Assembly (NCBI GenBank): GCA_020051695.1
Contig: JAGVQM010000012.1
Span: 6,361 to 70,360, forward strand
Source: Candidatus Zixiibacteriota bacterium
Lineage (GTDB): Bacteria; Zixibacteria; MSB-5A5; WJJR01; JAJRUJ01
Length of the DNA: 64,000 bases
Direction of reading: 5' to 3'
Positions 19,961 through 29,589 of the stretch are shown one piece after another. A program made the translations under genes and the position numbers. Below the pieces are notes generated by a model. It did not search any database, had not been told where the DNA came from, and saw only the letters and a list, made by a program, of their open reading frames with translations. Positions within the stretch are counted from its first letter, which is position 1. Each line of letters begins with the position of its first letter.

Positions 19961-20980
19961 TTAGAACTGAAGTTTAACCGTGTAGAATTGTTTGTCGTCG
20001 AAATACTCAGTCTGGGCCCACGAATAATCGAAGACCATCCGGGTTTCGCCGATATGGAAGGCCAACCCGAGGCCGAGGGTCAATCCCTCGATATACTCGT
20101 CCTGGCTGGAATATGAATACCCGCCACGCAGAAAAATGGATTCGTTGTAGCCATATTCACCGCCGACCCGAAGCTCGTCGTTGTTGAAGTTGTTGCTTTG
20201 GTAGGTGCTGTTCAACACGACGGCGTTACGGTTCTGGTTGACCAGTTCATAGGCCATGCCCAGTTGGACCGAGGACGGCAATTCGAAAGTCGTCGATTGC
20301 GTCCGTACGGTCTTGCTGGGCGAGTTGGGATCGCCGCCCGGCATCTGGATGTCGACTTCGAAATCCGGCCCGTCGAATCTCATTTCCGGGCCCCAGTTTT
20401 TGATTACGGCACCAAAGGTCAGGCCGGCGAAATTCGGGTTGTACGTAAACCCGAAATCAAAGGCCATGCCCGAAGCATTCTCGCGAAAGATGCTCTCGTT
20501 AAGATACATGACATTGGCGCCGAAGGCGACGCGGTCGGTCAGCCGCCGTGAATACGTGAGGGCAAACACGGAAAACGCCGGGGCAAATACCTCACCCGTG
20601 CCTTCCGGGAACAGCTCACTGGTTACGGCGATGTCGTCCATAGTCAGCACTTTGGCCGAAAGACCGACGGTACCGAAATCGCCCAGACGAGTGGCAACCG
20701 CGGCAAAGTTGACATTGATGTCAGCGATATAGGACTGGTGCGAGAACGCCGCCTCGGTGCCTTCAATTTCGGCCACACCGGCGGGGTTCCAGAAAATAGC
20801 TTCGGTCCCCGTAATGCCGGCGATTGCGGCGCCGCCCATGGCGATACCACGAGAACCGACGGGGATGCGCAGCTCCTGCGCTCCGGCGGTCCCGATGCGT
20901 CCCTCGTTACCGGCAAACGCCGACGCCGCCATGGCCAACACCACAATCGTGCAGCCGATTATCTGCAACGTCTTTTTCAT
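19961..20980 (-). CDS. PorV/PorQ-family outer-membrane beta-barrel protein (T9SS-associated)
   Basis: Signal peptide (MKKTLQIIGCTIVVLAMAASAFA). Conserved N-terminal blocks of the family (GAQELRIPVGSRGIAMGGA...AIFWNPAG). Gly/aromatic-rich beta strands and a C-terminal Phe (VKLQF). Confidence 0.6.
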   Translation of the reverse strand: MKKTLQIIGCTIVVLAMAASAFAGNEGRIGTAGAQELRIPVGSRGIAMGGAAIAGITGTEAIFWNPAGVAEIEGTEAAFSHQSYIADINVNFAAVATRLGDFGTVGLSAKVLTMDDIAVTSELFPEGTGEVFAPAFSVFALTYSRRLTDRVAFGANVMYLNESIFRENASGMAFDFGFTYNPNFAGLTFGAVIKNWGPEMRFDGPDFEVDIQMPGGDPNSPSKTVRTQSTTFELPSSVQLGMAYELVNQNRNAVVLNSTYQSNNFNNDELRVGGEYGYNESIFLRGGYSYSSQDEYIEGLTLGLGLAFHIGETRMVFDYSWAQTEYFDDKQFYTVKLQF

Positions 20981-21003
20981 TGTTTTCTCCCGTTTTGGTT
21001 CTC

Positions 21004-23958
21004 TTAAAATGTGTCCAACTGCTCGACTTCCGTGAACACCGCCATCTTGCCGACATATTCACCGCCGTCCGGGGCGGTGACGATGTAGATATACAACCCC
21101 GAGGCCAGCGGCAGACCGTGCTTGGTCAGCATGTTCCAGACGTAGAACGACTGGTCCCCGGCGGTTTTTTCGAGAGTGACCACATGGTCGCCGGCAAGGT
21201 TGAACACTTTGATTGAGCACTCGTACGGCAGGTTCGTGAACTTGACCATCCGGGTAAACTGGTCGGGTTCATACAACGAGCTGTTGAAATACGGATTCGG
21301 CACGACTTTGATCTTGCTCATGTCGTAGGCCGCGTCCGCCGCCATGTCCTGCTCGGTGACCGCCGGTGTGCTGAAGGTGAAGATATCCTCTGGTTTGTTC
21401 ACCTTATAGGTCGTATACCGGATGACTGTGCCTTCCGCCGGGACGCCTCCATTAATCTGAATCCGCCCGATCTTGAAGTCGGCATCGAATTCGTACTCCA
21501 TGACCTCGGGATGAGGCTCCGCATAGGGGACTTCGGAAGGATACGTGCGGTCGCCGGGCGACCAGTCCCCGGATTCATCATCATCGAGGAAGGCGATTTG
21601 AATCCGCACATCGTCGGAAGGATCATCCGGGGTCGCTGAACCGATATTCCAGACTTCAAACGGACAGCGATTCGGCATCAAACCGTCGGTGTTCCAATCG
21701 TAATATTCACTGCCCGCAGCGGTGAAGCGGAATTCCCAGTCGTCGGTGCCGATATGACCACGCCAGTTGAGTCGTGCGATATTGGAGCCGTCATCCGACG
21801 AGGTGTAGAAATCGTGGGTTGAGTTCCACGAATAGAAGACATTGTCCGGAGGATCAACGACGGCTCCACCGGCCCCGGCGACTTCATAGACCGTATTCAC
21901 ACCCTCGTCCGGTCCGGCAACTTTCATCTGGAAACCATCGACGATCGGGTAATCATTATCGCCGGTCTGGTTGGTCATGTCTTCAAGGAGGTACGCTCCG
22001 GTCGTTTCATCAGACAAATTCCAGAACGTCCCGCCCTCACCGTCATCCTCGAAGGTGATCTTGTAATCGTGACCGGTCAGCAACCCAGGATCGATAACTG
22101 TCGGTCGGATGATACCATCCGAAGAACCTACGGGATGGGTGACTTCAATGACCTCAGCGTAATCCAGCGGATAGACATACCCACCGGCCGGTTTTTGCGG
22201 CGCAGCGGTGATGGCTTCCGGCGCATTTTCCAGCGTTTTGGGCGTTTTCTCCGGATCGTAGGAATACGCGGTCACTGCCCAATAGTAATCATACACATTG
22301 TGCAGTGGTCCGCCCTTCCAGGCGTCCTGGGTCAGCTCGATGAAGCGACGGATGCCGCTGTCTGAACCGAATTGCACCGGGTGGTCGACAACCGCGCCGT
22401 CACTGACGACAAATTCCAGGTCGAAGATGATCCCATTGCCGTCGTTGATATCGTACGTCGCGACCCGTTTCCACGGACCGGCAACCGACTTGCCCTGGTA
22501 GACGTTGTAGCCCTGGAACGCATAATCGCCATGATCGAGTTCGGACCGGTCATCCCAGTGCAGGATGATGCTGCCGTCTCCCGGCGTGGCGGTCGCCACC
22601 GGGCGGGCCGGCGGGTCGGGCAGAATGAATTGCGCGTCAAACGCCGACTGCGCAAACAAGTCGTTGAACTTCAATGCGGTAATCGAAGTCAGCCGGTCGG
22701 AGCCCTGGCCGACCAACCCCGCGACGACAACCTGCTGGGTATCGTTCGGCGCCATCGTGAACGGGCCAGTCGACTGCATATACCGCCGGTCGGCAGGGTT
22801 GGAATCCAACCAGCCGGTCCCGGTAGTCGGATCACCGGGAAACATATAGGTGGTTACTTCGCCGGTGACCGGGTCGGTAACCGGCGCGCCGGAGGCCTTG
22901 GCGTCCAGCCCCTGCATATACCAGTAGGTTTCCTGGGCGTTGTCCGGGTCGGTGCCGTTGATGTACTGGAAAAATGAGGTCATCGGCAGCGAGGTGTAGC
23001 CATAACGCCATTCATCCAGGAAGTAAACCGAATCGGTTTCTTCGCCGGCAGCGATCGGCCCCTGGAAGAAGTCATATCCTGTCGCCGGGGGAGTGCTGCC
23101 GTAATTGGCATCGTTGTTGGTGGCATTGTAGCAATACCCCAGACTCAGATCGACATCACTGCCAACGAGGTCGTCGCCAGCGTCGCCCAGATCGGGGTCG
23201 GCCCAGACCGAGGCATACATGTTCTCAATGGTCGCTTCGCTTTTATTGATGAAGCGGAAATCCATGAACAGGCACTGGCCCAGTGAACCCGTGCGGTTGA
23301 ACGCAAAAGTCGTCTGCTGGATTTCCACACCCAAACCTGTGGCGGAACCCGCAGAATTCACGTGCACTGCCGGATCAGCGTCGTTGTAGACACACCACAG
23401 GGTCTGGTCTCCGATGATTTTGGGCCGTCCCTGGTCATCCAGGGGGGCGCCCATGTCCGACGGCCAGTTGTGGTAGTCGTCCCACAGCTCGGCCTCGTCC
23501 ACGTCACTGGGCCGGGCAGCATCGTAAAAGCCCTGGTCGCGCAGGTTTTTGGAAATTTTGTAGACCTGGAATTCGTCACGGTCGGCCTGGAATGTGCCGT
23601 TCAGCATCGGCCCGGGCGAATACGTGTGGGAGTATTCTGCCAGACTGACGCGCAGGTCGCCACCGACCTTGCCGCCCAGCCACAAGCCGCCGGCGTAGAT
23701 AACCGAAAGGTTGGTCCCGCGCGGGAAATACAAGCCGTCGGCCTTGCCGAACAACGCGCCGTTGTCGTAGGCAAACGATCCCTGGTTGGTCACGAACATC
23801 AACAACTGGTTCGCGTCGATGTAAGTTTGGTAGTCAAGCCCTGCCTGAGCCGTCGATTTATACAGGCCGAATTCGGCCCGCATCGGCGGCGCTCCCTGCA
23901 CCGCCGCTGACCACAGCAGGACCAGCATACAACAGAGTAACAGGTTTACACGCTTCAT
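21004..23958 (-). CDS. large secreted protein with T9SS C-terminal sorting domain (cargo; PorU-like sortase is a possibility by synteny)
   Basis: Signal peptide (MKRVNLLLCCMLVLLWSAAVQG). The C-terminal ~80 aa match the Por_Secre_tail pattern (KVVPNPYF...VKFTNLP..CSIKVFNLAGDHVVTL.....W......G..ASGLYIYIV). It lies directly upstream of the PorV gene in the same orientation. Confidence 0.6.
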   Translation of the reverse strand: MKRVNLLLCCMLVLLWSAAVQGAPPMRAEFGLYKSTAQAGLDYQTYIDANQLLMFVTNQGSFAYDNGALFGKADGLYFPRGTNLSVIYAGGLWLGGKVGGDLRVSLAEYSHTYSPGPMLNGTFQADRDEFQVYKISKNLRDQGFYDAARPSDVDEAELWDDYHNWPSDMGAPLDDQGRPKIIGDQTLWCVYNDADPAVHVNSAGSATGLGVEIQQTTFAFNRTGSLGQCLFMDFRFINKSEATIENMYASVWADPDLGDAGDDLVGSDVDLSLGYCYNATNNDANYGSTPPATGYDFFQGPIAAGEETDSVYFLDEWRYGYTSLPMTSFFQYINGTDPDNAQETYWYMQGLDAKASGAPVTDPVTGEVTTYMFPGDPTTGTGWLDSNPADRRYMQSTGPFTMAPNDTQQVVVAGLVGQGSDRLTSITALKFNDLFAQSAFDAQFILPDPPARPVATATPGDGSIILHWDDRSELDHGDYAFQGYNVYQGKSVAGPWKRVATYDINDGNGIIFDLEFVVSDGAVVDHPVQFGSDSGIRRFIELTQDAWKGGPLHNVYDYYWAVTAYSYDPEKTPKTLENAPEAITAAPQKPAGGYVYPLDYAEVIEVTHPVGSSDGIIRPTVIDPGLLTGHDYKITFEDDGEGGTFWNLSDETTGAYLLEDMTNQTGDNDYPIVDGFQMKVAGPDEGVNTVYEVAGAGGAVVDPPDNVFYSWNSTHDFYTSSDDGSNIARLNWRGHIGTDDWEFRFTAAGSEYYDWNTDGLMPNRCPFEVWNIGSATPDDPSDDVRIQIAFLDDDESGDWSPGDRTYPSEVPYAEPHPEVMEYEFDADFKIGRIQINGGVPAEGTVIRYTTYKVNKPEDIFTFSTPAVTEQDMAADAAYDMSKIKVVPNPYFNSSLYEPDQFTRMVKFTNLPYECSIKVFNLAGDHVVTLEKTAGDQSFYVWNMLTKHGLPLASGLYIYIVTAPDGGEYVGKMAVFTEVEQLDTF

Positions 23959-23984
23959 GCGCTCTGCCTCCTTGGCCTGAAAAA

Positions 23985-26900
23985 TCAAAGACTCACTTTG
24001 ACCCCAAAGCGGATTTGACGCGGAACGTCATAGCTGTTGGGGTTATTCTGTTTGAGTTCATACTTTTCCAACCGGTCCATGCCCGACCAGTCGGCGCCGG
24101 GGTCGTTGGCCAGCCAGTCCTGCCCGGCGTCCGTGGCCAGCCAGCCGGTGTTGCCCACCTGGCCGGTCGATTCGTACACGTCGACCGCGTTTTCCCGGTC
24201 AAGGACATTGATCACCCAGAGGTAGAAATCCATGCTGTATCGTCCGAACGAGACGATCTTATTGGCCTTCAGGTCCAGGCGATAGGTCCACGGGCCGTAC
24301 TGCGAATTGATGCGGCCGGCGGGCACCGGCGAAATCGAAGCCAGCGTCACTTCGTTGAAGATTTCCATCGGGGAATACGGAGTCCCGGAGGCGGCGCCGA
24401 AGTGGAAATTGACCCCGGCGTTCTCCAGCGGATACCATTCACCCAGTTTCGGCCCCTCGCCCTGTCCTGCGCGGACATCCACGGTCGCCGAGAGTTTGTG
24501 GCGCTGGTCAAAATCGAGCGGTGAAGCCAGCTTCGGCGTTTCTGAGACGGTCCAGACAATATTGTTCTGGGTGTTCGGCCAGGAACCTGTTCCATTGGCC
24601 CAGGAGAGACTGTAACTGACATCCAGGGCCACGCTATGGTTCCGCCGCATATTGACGGTAAATTCAAGCCCCTTCACCGTCCCGAAATCGGCGTTACCGT
24701 AGATATCATAATCACGGCCGGCCGCACCCGGAGACACCGAGTAATGCTCCAATTGAGTGAGATCGTCGATGTCCTTATAGTAGGCCGTAACATCCAACCG
24801 GGTATAATCGCCGACCTGTTTGGTCATCCCGATTTCGTAGGCGGTCGTTTTCTCCGGCGCCAGATTGGGATTGCCGAACGGGTAGTAATAGCCGGCTGAC
24901 GTCAGACGGTATTCCATATAGTCCCAGCCGACAAACAGGTTCTGCAGGTCGGGGCGCTGGAAAAATTTACCGTACGACAGGTGGAACGTGGTCTTATCAG
25001 AAACCGGGAAACCGAAACCAAGCCGGGGAGATACTTTCATTTCCGCCTTGGCATCCTCCAGGTCGGTCGGGTCGAGCACGTTGTCGTCGCCGATACCGTC
25101 ATCCGGATCGCCGAGCGGCATCCGCACCGATTTCAGGCGCTTGGTATTGGTGTTCAGGTAATCGAACCGCAACCCGCCGTTGACCACCAGGCCTTCCCAT
25201 TCGAACTTATCCTGGAGATACATCGCGAAATTCATCGGCGTCCGGGCTTCGTTCCCTTCGGACAGGGTGTCGGATTCGTTGCCGAAAATGTCGTACCCAT
25301 AATGGTCGACATCTTTGAGTCCGCCATTGTCGTACCACGTACCGTCCACCACCGAGTCTTTGAAGATCGTATTCGGAAACAAATGACGGTAGTAGCGCAG
25401 GGTGTGCCGTTGGAGATCGATACCGGCTTTGATCTCGTGGTGGGCATGGACCTGGCTGGTAATGTCGGCCTTGAAACCGTAATAGGAAGATTTGCGCTTG
25501 GTGTAATCTTCCCAGACCCAGCCCTCATCGGCAGCCATCACGCCGTCTTCATCGAGCGCGATATAGTCGCTGACCCAGGGATCGGTATCGTTGGCAAACG
25601 CCGTATGGACGCTGTCGCGCCACCGGCCGTTGCGCACAAAACCGCGTTCATCGCGGACAACGTACTCGGTCGTATCGATCAGCACACCGTCGTCATCGAA
25701 ATTCTCGACCAGGATATATCCATAACCGTAGGTCTCATCGAAGAATATTTCGTGGTCGCGGCCCGAGGGTGTGTTGGGGTTGTCCCCGCTATAATACAAT
25801 TGAGTATCGTCGAAAGTGAAGTTGGCGTCCGGACGACCATAACCCCACAAGTCATCGAAGAGGGTGCCGTCGCCGCGCTCACGTTCAGTCACGTAGTAGT
25901 TGAGCGCAGCGGTATAGAACATCTTGGGATTGACGTTGTGCACCAGCTTGGTGTAGATGGAGTTGTTATAGTCGACATACCGCGGCACGTGCGGGGTGTT
26001 GAAATAAAACGCGTGCTGGTATTCACTCCAGTCATCGAACGACCCGAGCGAGCCCGCCTTGAGCTTCATCGAATTGGTCAGGTCCCAGTTCACTTTGCCC
26101 TGCCAGGAGTAGCCGGACAACCGGTTGGAGGGCAGTTCATAGGACTTGTCGCCGTTGGCATCGGTGAACCACTTCTCGGTCGTGGCCCGTGGCCCACGGT
26201 CACCCTGATAGCGCCGCTCACCGGAAATGAAGAATGTCATCTTGTCTCCGGCGCCGGGCACGGGTCCCGACAAATCACCGGCGTACAAGTTGTAATCATA
26301 GTTCTGCGACGTGATATTGTCGGTGACAACATCGATCGAACCGGTGTAATCAGGTCCGCCGTCCTTGGTCGAAACATTGATCGTCCCGGAAGAAACCCAG
26401 CCGTATTCCGCGGGGAATCCGCCGGTGGTGATCGAGACTTCCTCGACGGCGTTCTGGTTGATCTGCGTCGTCGACAGTCCGCTCAGCGGGTCCTGCTGTG
26501 AGAAGCCGTCGACAAAATACGCCACTTCGGAACGGCGGCCGCCGCGGACGCTCATGGTGGACGGGCCGGCCGTGCTTTCACGCCCGCCCCGCGCCCGGAC
26601 TTCAGCGTTGTCCAAGAACTGGACGACACCGGCCTGATAGCCCACAATATCCTGATAGGAGCGGGTGGGCAGCGAGGAGATTTGCTCACGGTCGACAATA
26701 CGCAGGGACGAGGTCTGGTCCGGGATGACAATCGGCCGTTCGGCTTGCACACGGATCGTCCCCACCTCGACTGCCTGAGAAGCCAGCTGCATATCGACTG
26801 TGGTCGTCAAATCGACGGATACGCGGACGTTGGCCGTTTCCACCGGGCCGTACCCGACCAATTGTGCTTTCACCACATAGCTCCCGACCGGCACGGACAG

Positions 26901-27113
26901 GATAAAATACCGCCCGTCCTGGTCGGTTAAGGCGCCGAGCACGGTGCCCATGGCGGTGACCGCCGCGCCGGGAATCGGCGCGCCCGTATCCCGGTCGGTC
27001 ACTATCCCCGTGATTTTTCCTGTCGTCCCGGCCATAGCCAGCGACGCGGTCAGGAGCAGACACAGCGCGACGACGGCCAAGACAAATTTCCCATTGATGT
27101 TTGAGTTCAACAC
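23985..27113 (-). CDS. TonB-dependent receptor with N-terminal carboxypeptidase-regulatory-like domain
   Basis: GTG start at 27113 with AGGAGG 5 nt upstream. There is a signal peptide, a CarboxypepD_reg-like segment (ITGIVTDRDTGAPIPGAAV...DGRYFILSVPVGSYVVK), plug-region motifs, and a long beta-barrel ending in an aromatic-rich terminus. Its stop overlaps the start of the next gene. Confidence 0.8.
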   Translation of the reverse strand: MLNSNINGKFVLAVVALCLLLTASLAMAGTTGKITGIVTDRDTGAPIPGAAVTAMGTVLGALTDQDGRYFILSVPVGSYVVKAQLVGYGPVETANVRVSVDLTTTVDMQLASQAVEVGTIRVQAERPIVIPDQTSSLRIVDREQISSLPTRSYQDIVGYQAGVVQFLDNAEVRARGGRESTAGPSTMSVRGGRRSEVAYFVDGFSQQDPLSGLSTTQINQNAVEEVSITTGGFPAEYGWVSSGTINVSTKDGGPDYTGSIDVVTDNITSQNYDYNLYAGDLSGPVPGAGDKMTFFISGERRYQGDRGPRATTEKWFTDANGDKSYELPSNRLSGYSWQGKVNWDLTNSMKLKAGSLGSFDDWSEYQHAFYFNTPHVPRYVDYNNSIYTKLVHNVNPKMFYTAALNYYVTERERGDGTLFDDLWGYGRPDANFTFDDTQLYYSGDNPNTPSGRDHEIFFDETYGYGYILVENFDDDGVLIDTTEYVVRDERGFVRNGRWRDSVHTAFANDTDPWVSDYIALDEDGVMAADEGWVWEDYTKRKSSYYGFKADITSQVHAHHEIKAGIDLQRHTLRYYRHLFPNTIFKDSVVDGTWYDNGGLKDVDHYGYDIFGNESDTLSEGNEARTPMNFAMYLQDKFEWEGLVVNGGLRFDYLNTNTKRLKSVRMPLGDPDDGIGDDNVLDPTDLEDAKAEMKVSPRLGFGFPVSDKTTFHLSYGKFFQRPDLQNLFVGWDYMEYRLTSAGYYYPFGNPNLAPEKTTAYEIGMTKQVGDYTRLDVTAYYKDIDDLTQLEHYSVSPGAAGRDYDIYGNADFGTVKGLEFTVNMRRNHSVALDVSYSLSWANGTGSWPNTQNNIVWTVSETPKLASPLDFDQRHKLSATVDVRAGQGEGPKLGEWYPLENAGVNFHFGAASGTPYSPMEIFNEVTLASISPVPAGRINSQYGPWTYRLDLKANKIVSFGRYSMDFYLWVINVLDRENAVDVYESTGQVGNTGWLATDAGQDWLANDPGADWSGMDRLEKYELKQNNPNSYDVPRQIRFGVKVSL

Positions 27114-27471
27114 ACATCCCTCCTGTTGGGAGATTTCCTTGCTGTTCCCGGCGTTTGAGCTGCACGCCGGCATTGTTCACAACTGTGGAACACTATGACG
27201 GTTCCCCCATCTCGCCTCCTTGCTCGTTCACGTTAACTACCATGTCATTCCATCCATAGCTGACAGGCATCGGCGAGCCCATTCTCCGCCGATTTCCGGG
27301 TATGGGCGCCCACCCATACCGCGACCCATTACTTCCTATCGGACAATCCCACTGTCCCTGAATAGATTAACAAAAATATTTTCCGCCGGGACTGCGGCCT
27401 GCAACGACATCTCCCCCCAATTGCAGTCTTTCCCCTCGGCAGGAAATTCCGTCGCTTGTCACGCGATGTCA

Positions 27472-27530
27472 AGAAAAAAACGACTGGATTCGTTCCATCT
27501 GCTGCGGCTCGCCTTGAGCCCCGCCAGTCG
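27472..27530 (-). terminator. candidate terminator downstream of the aminotransferase gene
   Basis: On the minus strand: stem CGACTGG...CCAGTCG enclosing a GC-rich inner hairpin, followed by TTTTTTTCTT. TTGACA follows immediately after it. Confidence 0.35.
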
Positions 27531-27651
27531 GGTTAAGTCCGTCTGCTCTCACCCCCCTTAACCCATTGGGCATACCACGCCCCGGGGAGTTTTATTCCCC
27601 AAATACAGTATGAAAATTACCGGAATTGAAGCAGGAGAAGAGGGTTGTCTA

Positions 27652-28848
27652 TTAAATTGTTGAGACAAAATCTCTTAAGCGAGAAAGAGCGAGTTGAATA
27701 TTTTTTACAGAATTCGCGTACGACAGCCGCAGGAACCCCTCACCGAAGGCGCCGAACGACGTCCCGGACAATATGGCCACCCCGGCTTCCTGCAGGATCC
27801 TATTTTCCAATTCGTTCGAGGTCAAACCCAATTTTTTCACATTGGGGAACACGTAGAAAGCCCCGGCGGGGCGCAGGCAGGAAATCCCGGGAATTTCGTT
27901 TAGCCCATCCACGATGACATCGCGGCGTTTTTTGAATTCCGCCACCATTTGCTGCGGTTTGTCCTGCGGGCCAAACAGCGCTTCGGGAATGATGCGCTGG
28001 GTAAATGCCGCCGTACATGAGGCGCAGTTTGTCTGCAACCGCGTGACCGCGTCGGCCAGTTTGGCGGGCATCACCCCGTACCCCAGTCGCCAACCGGTCA
28101 TCGCATACGTCTTGGACATGCCGTCCAGCAAGATCGTCCGCTCAGCCATCCCCGGAATCGACAGGATGCTCTCATGCGCGCCGTCATAGACAATGCGGGA
28201 ATAGATCTCGTCGGAAAAAACCATGATATTATGTCTAATCGCAGCGTCGGCGATCGCTTCAAGGTCGGCCCCGGTCAGGACACCGCCGGTCGGATTCTGC
28301 GGTGAATTGATGATGATCATCCGCGTGCGCGGTGTGATCTTGCCCAGCAGCTCATCGATGTCCATGCGAAAATCGTTTTCCATCCGCAATTGAATGGGGA
28401 CCGGGCGGGCGCCGATGAAATTGATCACAGATTCATAGATGGGAAATCCGGGATTGGGGTAGATCACTTCTTCATCCCGGTTGACCAGGGCCAGGATTGC
28501 ATAAAACATGACCGGCTTGGCGCCCGGTGTAATCACCACGTTTTCCGGACCGCAGGCGATCCCGCGGGTTTGCCCGGTGTAGGTGGCGATGGCCTCACGC
28601 ATATCGGTCATACCGGCCGCCGGGGTATAATGGGTATAGCCGCCGCGCAGCGCACGTACAGCGGCTTCAATGATGTTCTCCGGCGTATCAAAATCGGGTT
28701 CGCCGATTTCCAGATGCACGATCTCGCGTCCCTCGGCTTCCAACGCCTTGGCTTTAGCCAGGACAACAAATGCCGTTTCAGTCCCCAGCCGCGCCATGCG
28801 ATCGGCAAAAGGGATGTGGTATTCAGCTCTATCCGGTTTGTTTCCCAT
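27652..28848 (-). CDS. pyridoxal-phosphate-dependent aminotransferase, class I (aspartate/aromatic type)
   Basis: 398 aa with full-length fold-type-I aminotransferase similarity. The PLP-Lys region is LDGMSKTYAMTGWRLGY and the NPTG motif is INSPQNPTG. Confidence 0.85.
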   Translation of the reverse strand: MGNKPDRAEYHIPFADRMARLGTETAFVVLAKAKALEAEGREIVHLEIGEPDFDTPENIIEAAVRALRGGYTHYTPAAGMTDMREAIATYTGQTRGIACGPENVVITPGAKPVMFYAILALVNRDEEVIYPNPGFPIYESVINFIGARPVPIQLRMENDFRMDIDELLGKITPRTRMIIINSPQNPTGGVLTGADLEAIADAAIRHNIMVFSDEIYSRIVYDGAHESILSIPGMAERTILLDGMSKTYAMTGWRLGYGVMPAKLADAVTRLQTNCASCTAAFTQRIIPEALFGPQDKPQQMVAEFKKRRDVIVDGLNEIPGISCLRPAGAFYVFPNVKKLGLTSNELENRILQEAGVAILSGTSFGAFGEGFLRLSYANSVKNIQLALSRLRDFVSTI

Positions 28849-28958
28849 TTCTCACCTGTCCTCCGGTTTCGCGCCGGAATGATGCTGACCCCGATTATGG
28901 GGGCACCGACATCGTCCGCTCCATCCGCCGTACAGTATCGTATGCGCGAGGGACGCCG

Positions 28959-29579
28959 TCAACGAGCATCCGTCAGTTTTTGCCACAGCCGACCCGCTTT
29001 GCGGCGCAGGGCGGACAAATCCCCGTCGTTGCGGAGGACGATATCGGCTGCCCGCTTTCGCGCGGCAAACGGCAATTGCGCCCGCATCCGGTTTTCGATT
29101 TCTGCGGCACTCCAACCGCGACGGCGCAGCCAGCGGCGCCGGTTGGCCCGCGCAGCCCAGACCGCAATTAATAAGTCGATGGGCGCCTTCATCTTCCATT
29201 CAACAATCAACGCTGCGTCGACGACAATGAGAGGAGTACTTTTTCTTTTTTGAACCGTGTGAATTCTGGTTATTAATTCCGCAATTAAGGCCGGATGAAC
29301 TAACTCATTAAGTCGCTGCCGGGCTGCAGGATCGGCAAATGCTCGACGCGCCAGCAATCGGCGCTTAATACCCCGGGGATGCAAAATATCCCGGCCAAAC
29401 TCCCCGGCCAGCTGCTTTTGCAGCGCACGATCATGATCGACGACATCATGGCCAGTCTCATCTCCGGAGATAATGACCGCGCCGCGCCGGGCAAATTCCT
29501 CAGCGACCACGGTTTTACCGCAACCTACACCTCCGGTCAGTCCGACGACAAGAGGACGGGCTTTTGCCCGATGTGCCAT
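28959..29579 (-). CDS. coaE: dephospho-CoA kinase
   Basis: P-loop GLTGGVGCGKT near the N-terminus, about 200 aa. The start was chosen at MAHRAK (29579), 11 nt after the polA stop. polA-coaE adjacency is conserved in many genomes. Confidence 0.8.
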   Translation of the reverse strand: MAHRAKARPLVVGLTGGVGCGKTVVAEEFARRGAVIISGDETGHDVVDHDRALQKQLAGEFGRDILHPRGIKRRLLARRAFADPAARQRLNELVHPALIAELITRIHTVQKRKSTPLIVVDAALIVEWKMKAPIDLLIAVWAARANRRRWLRRRGWSAAEIENRMRAQLPFAARKRAADIVLRNDGDLSALRRKAGRLWQKLTDAR

Positions 29580-29589
29580 ATAAACCAAG

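Noticed and set aside
21004-23958. Confident call of the CTD-bearing protein as PorU (C25 sortase)
   Set aside because: Only synteny with the PorV-family gene and the size support it. I could not identify the gingipain-type His/Cys catalytic motifs by eye, so it stays a hypothesis in the findings rather than an annotation.
24981-26501. 506-aa plus-strand ORF, plus similar long antisense ORFs (3337..4221, 9932..10807, 11490..12209, 12130..13059, 14356..15330, 22372..22977, 28390..29253, 40612..41640)
   Set aside because: All lie antisense to genes with strong family-level evidence (TBDR, lipoprotein, ArsA, DUF4139, valS, aminotransferase, ABC exporter). They have Arg/Gly/Pro/His-rich composition with no motifs or RBSs. 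These are typical shadow ORFs of high-GC DNA.
27114-27650. Cobalamin, TPP or other known riboswitch upstream of the TonB-dependent receptor
   Set aside because: I searched the minus-strand leader for the B12 box (GCCACTG-type core) and other familiar riboswitch cores and found none. I report it only as an unclassified structured leader.
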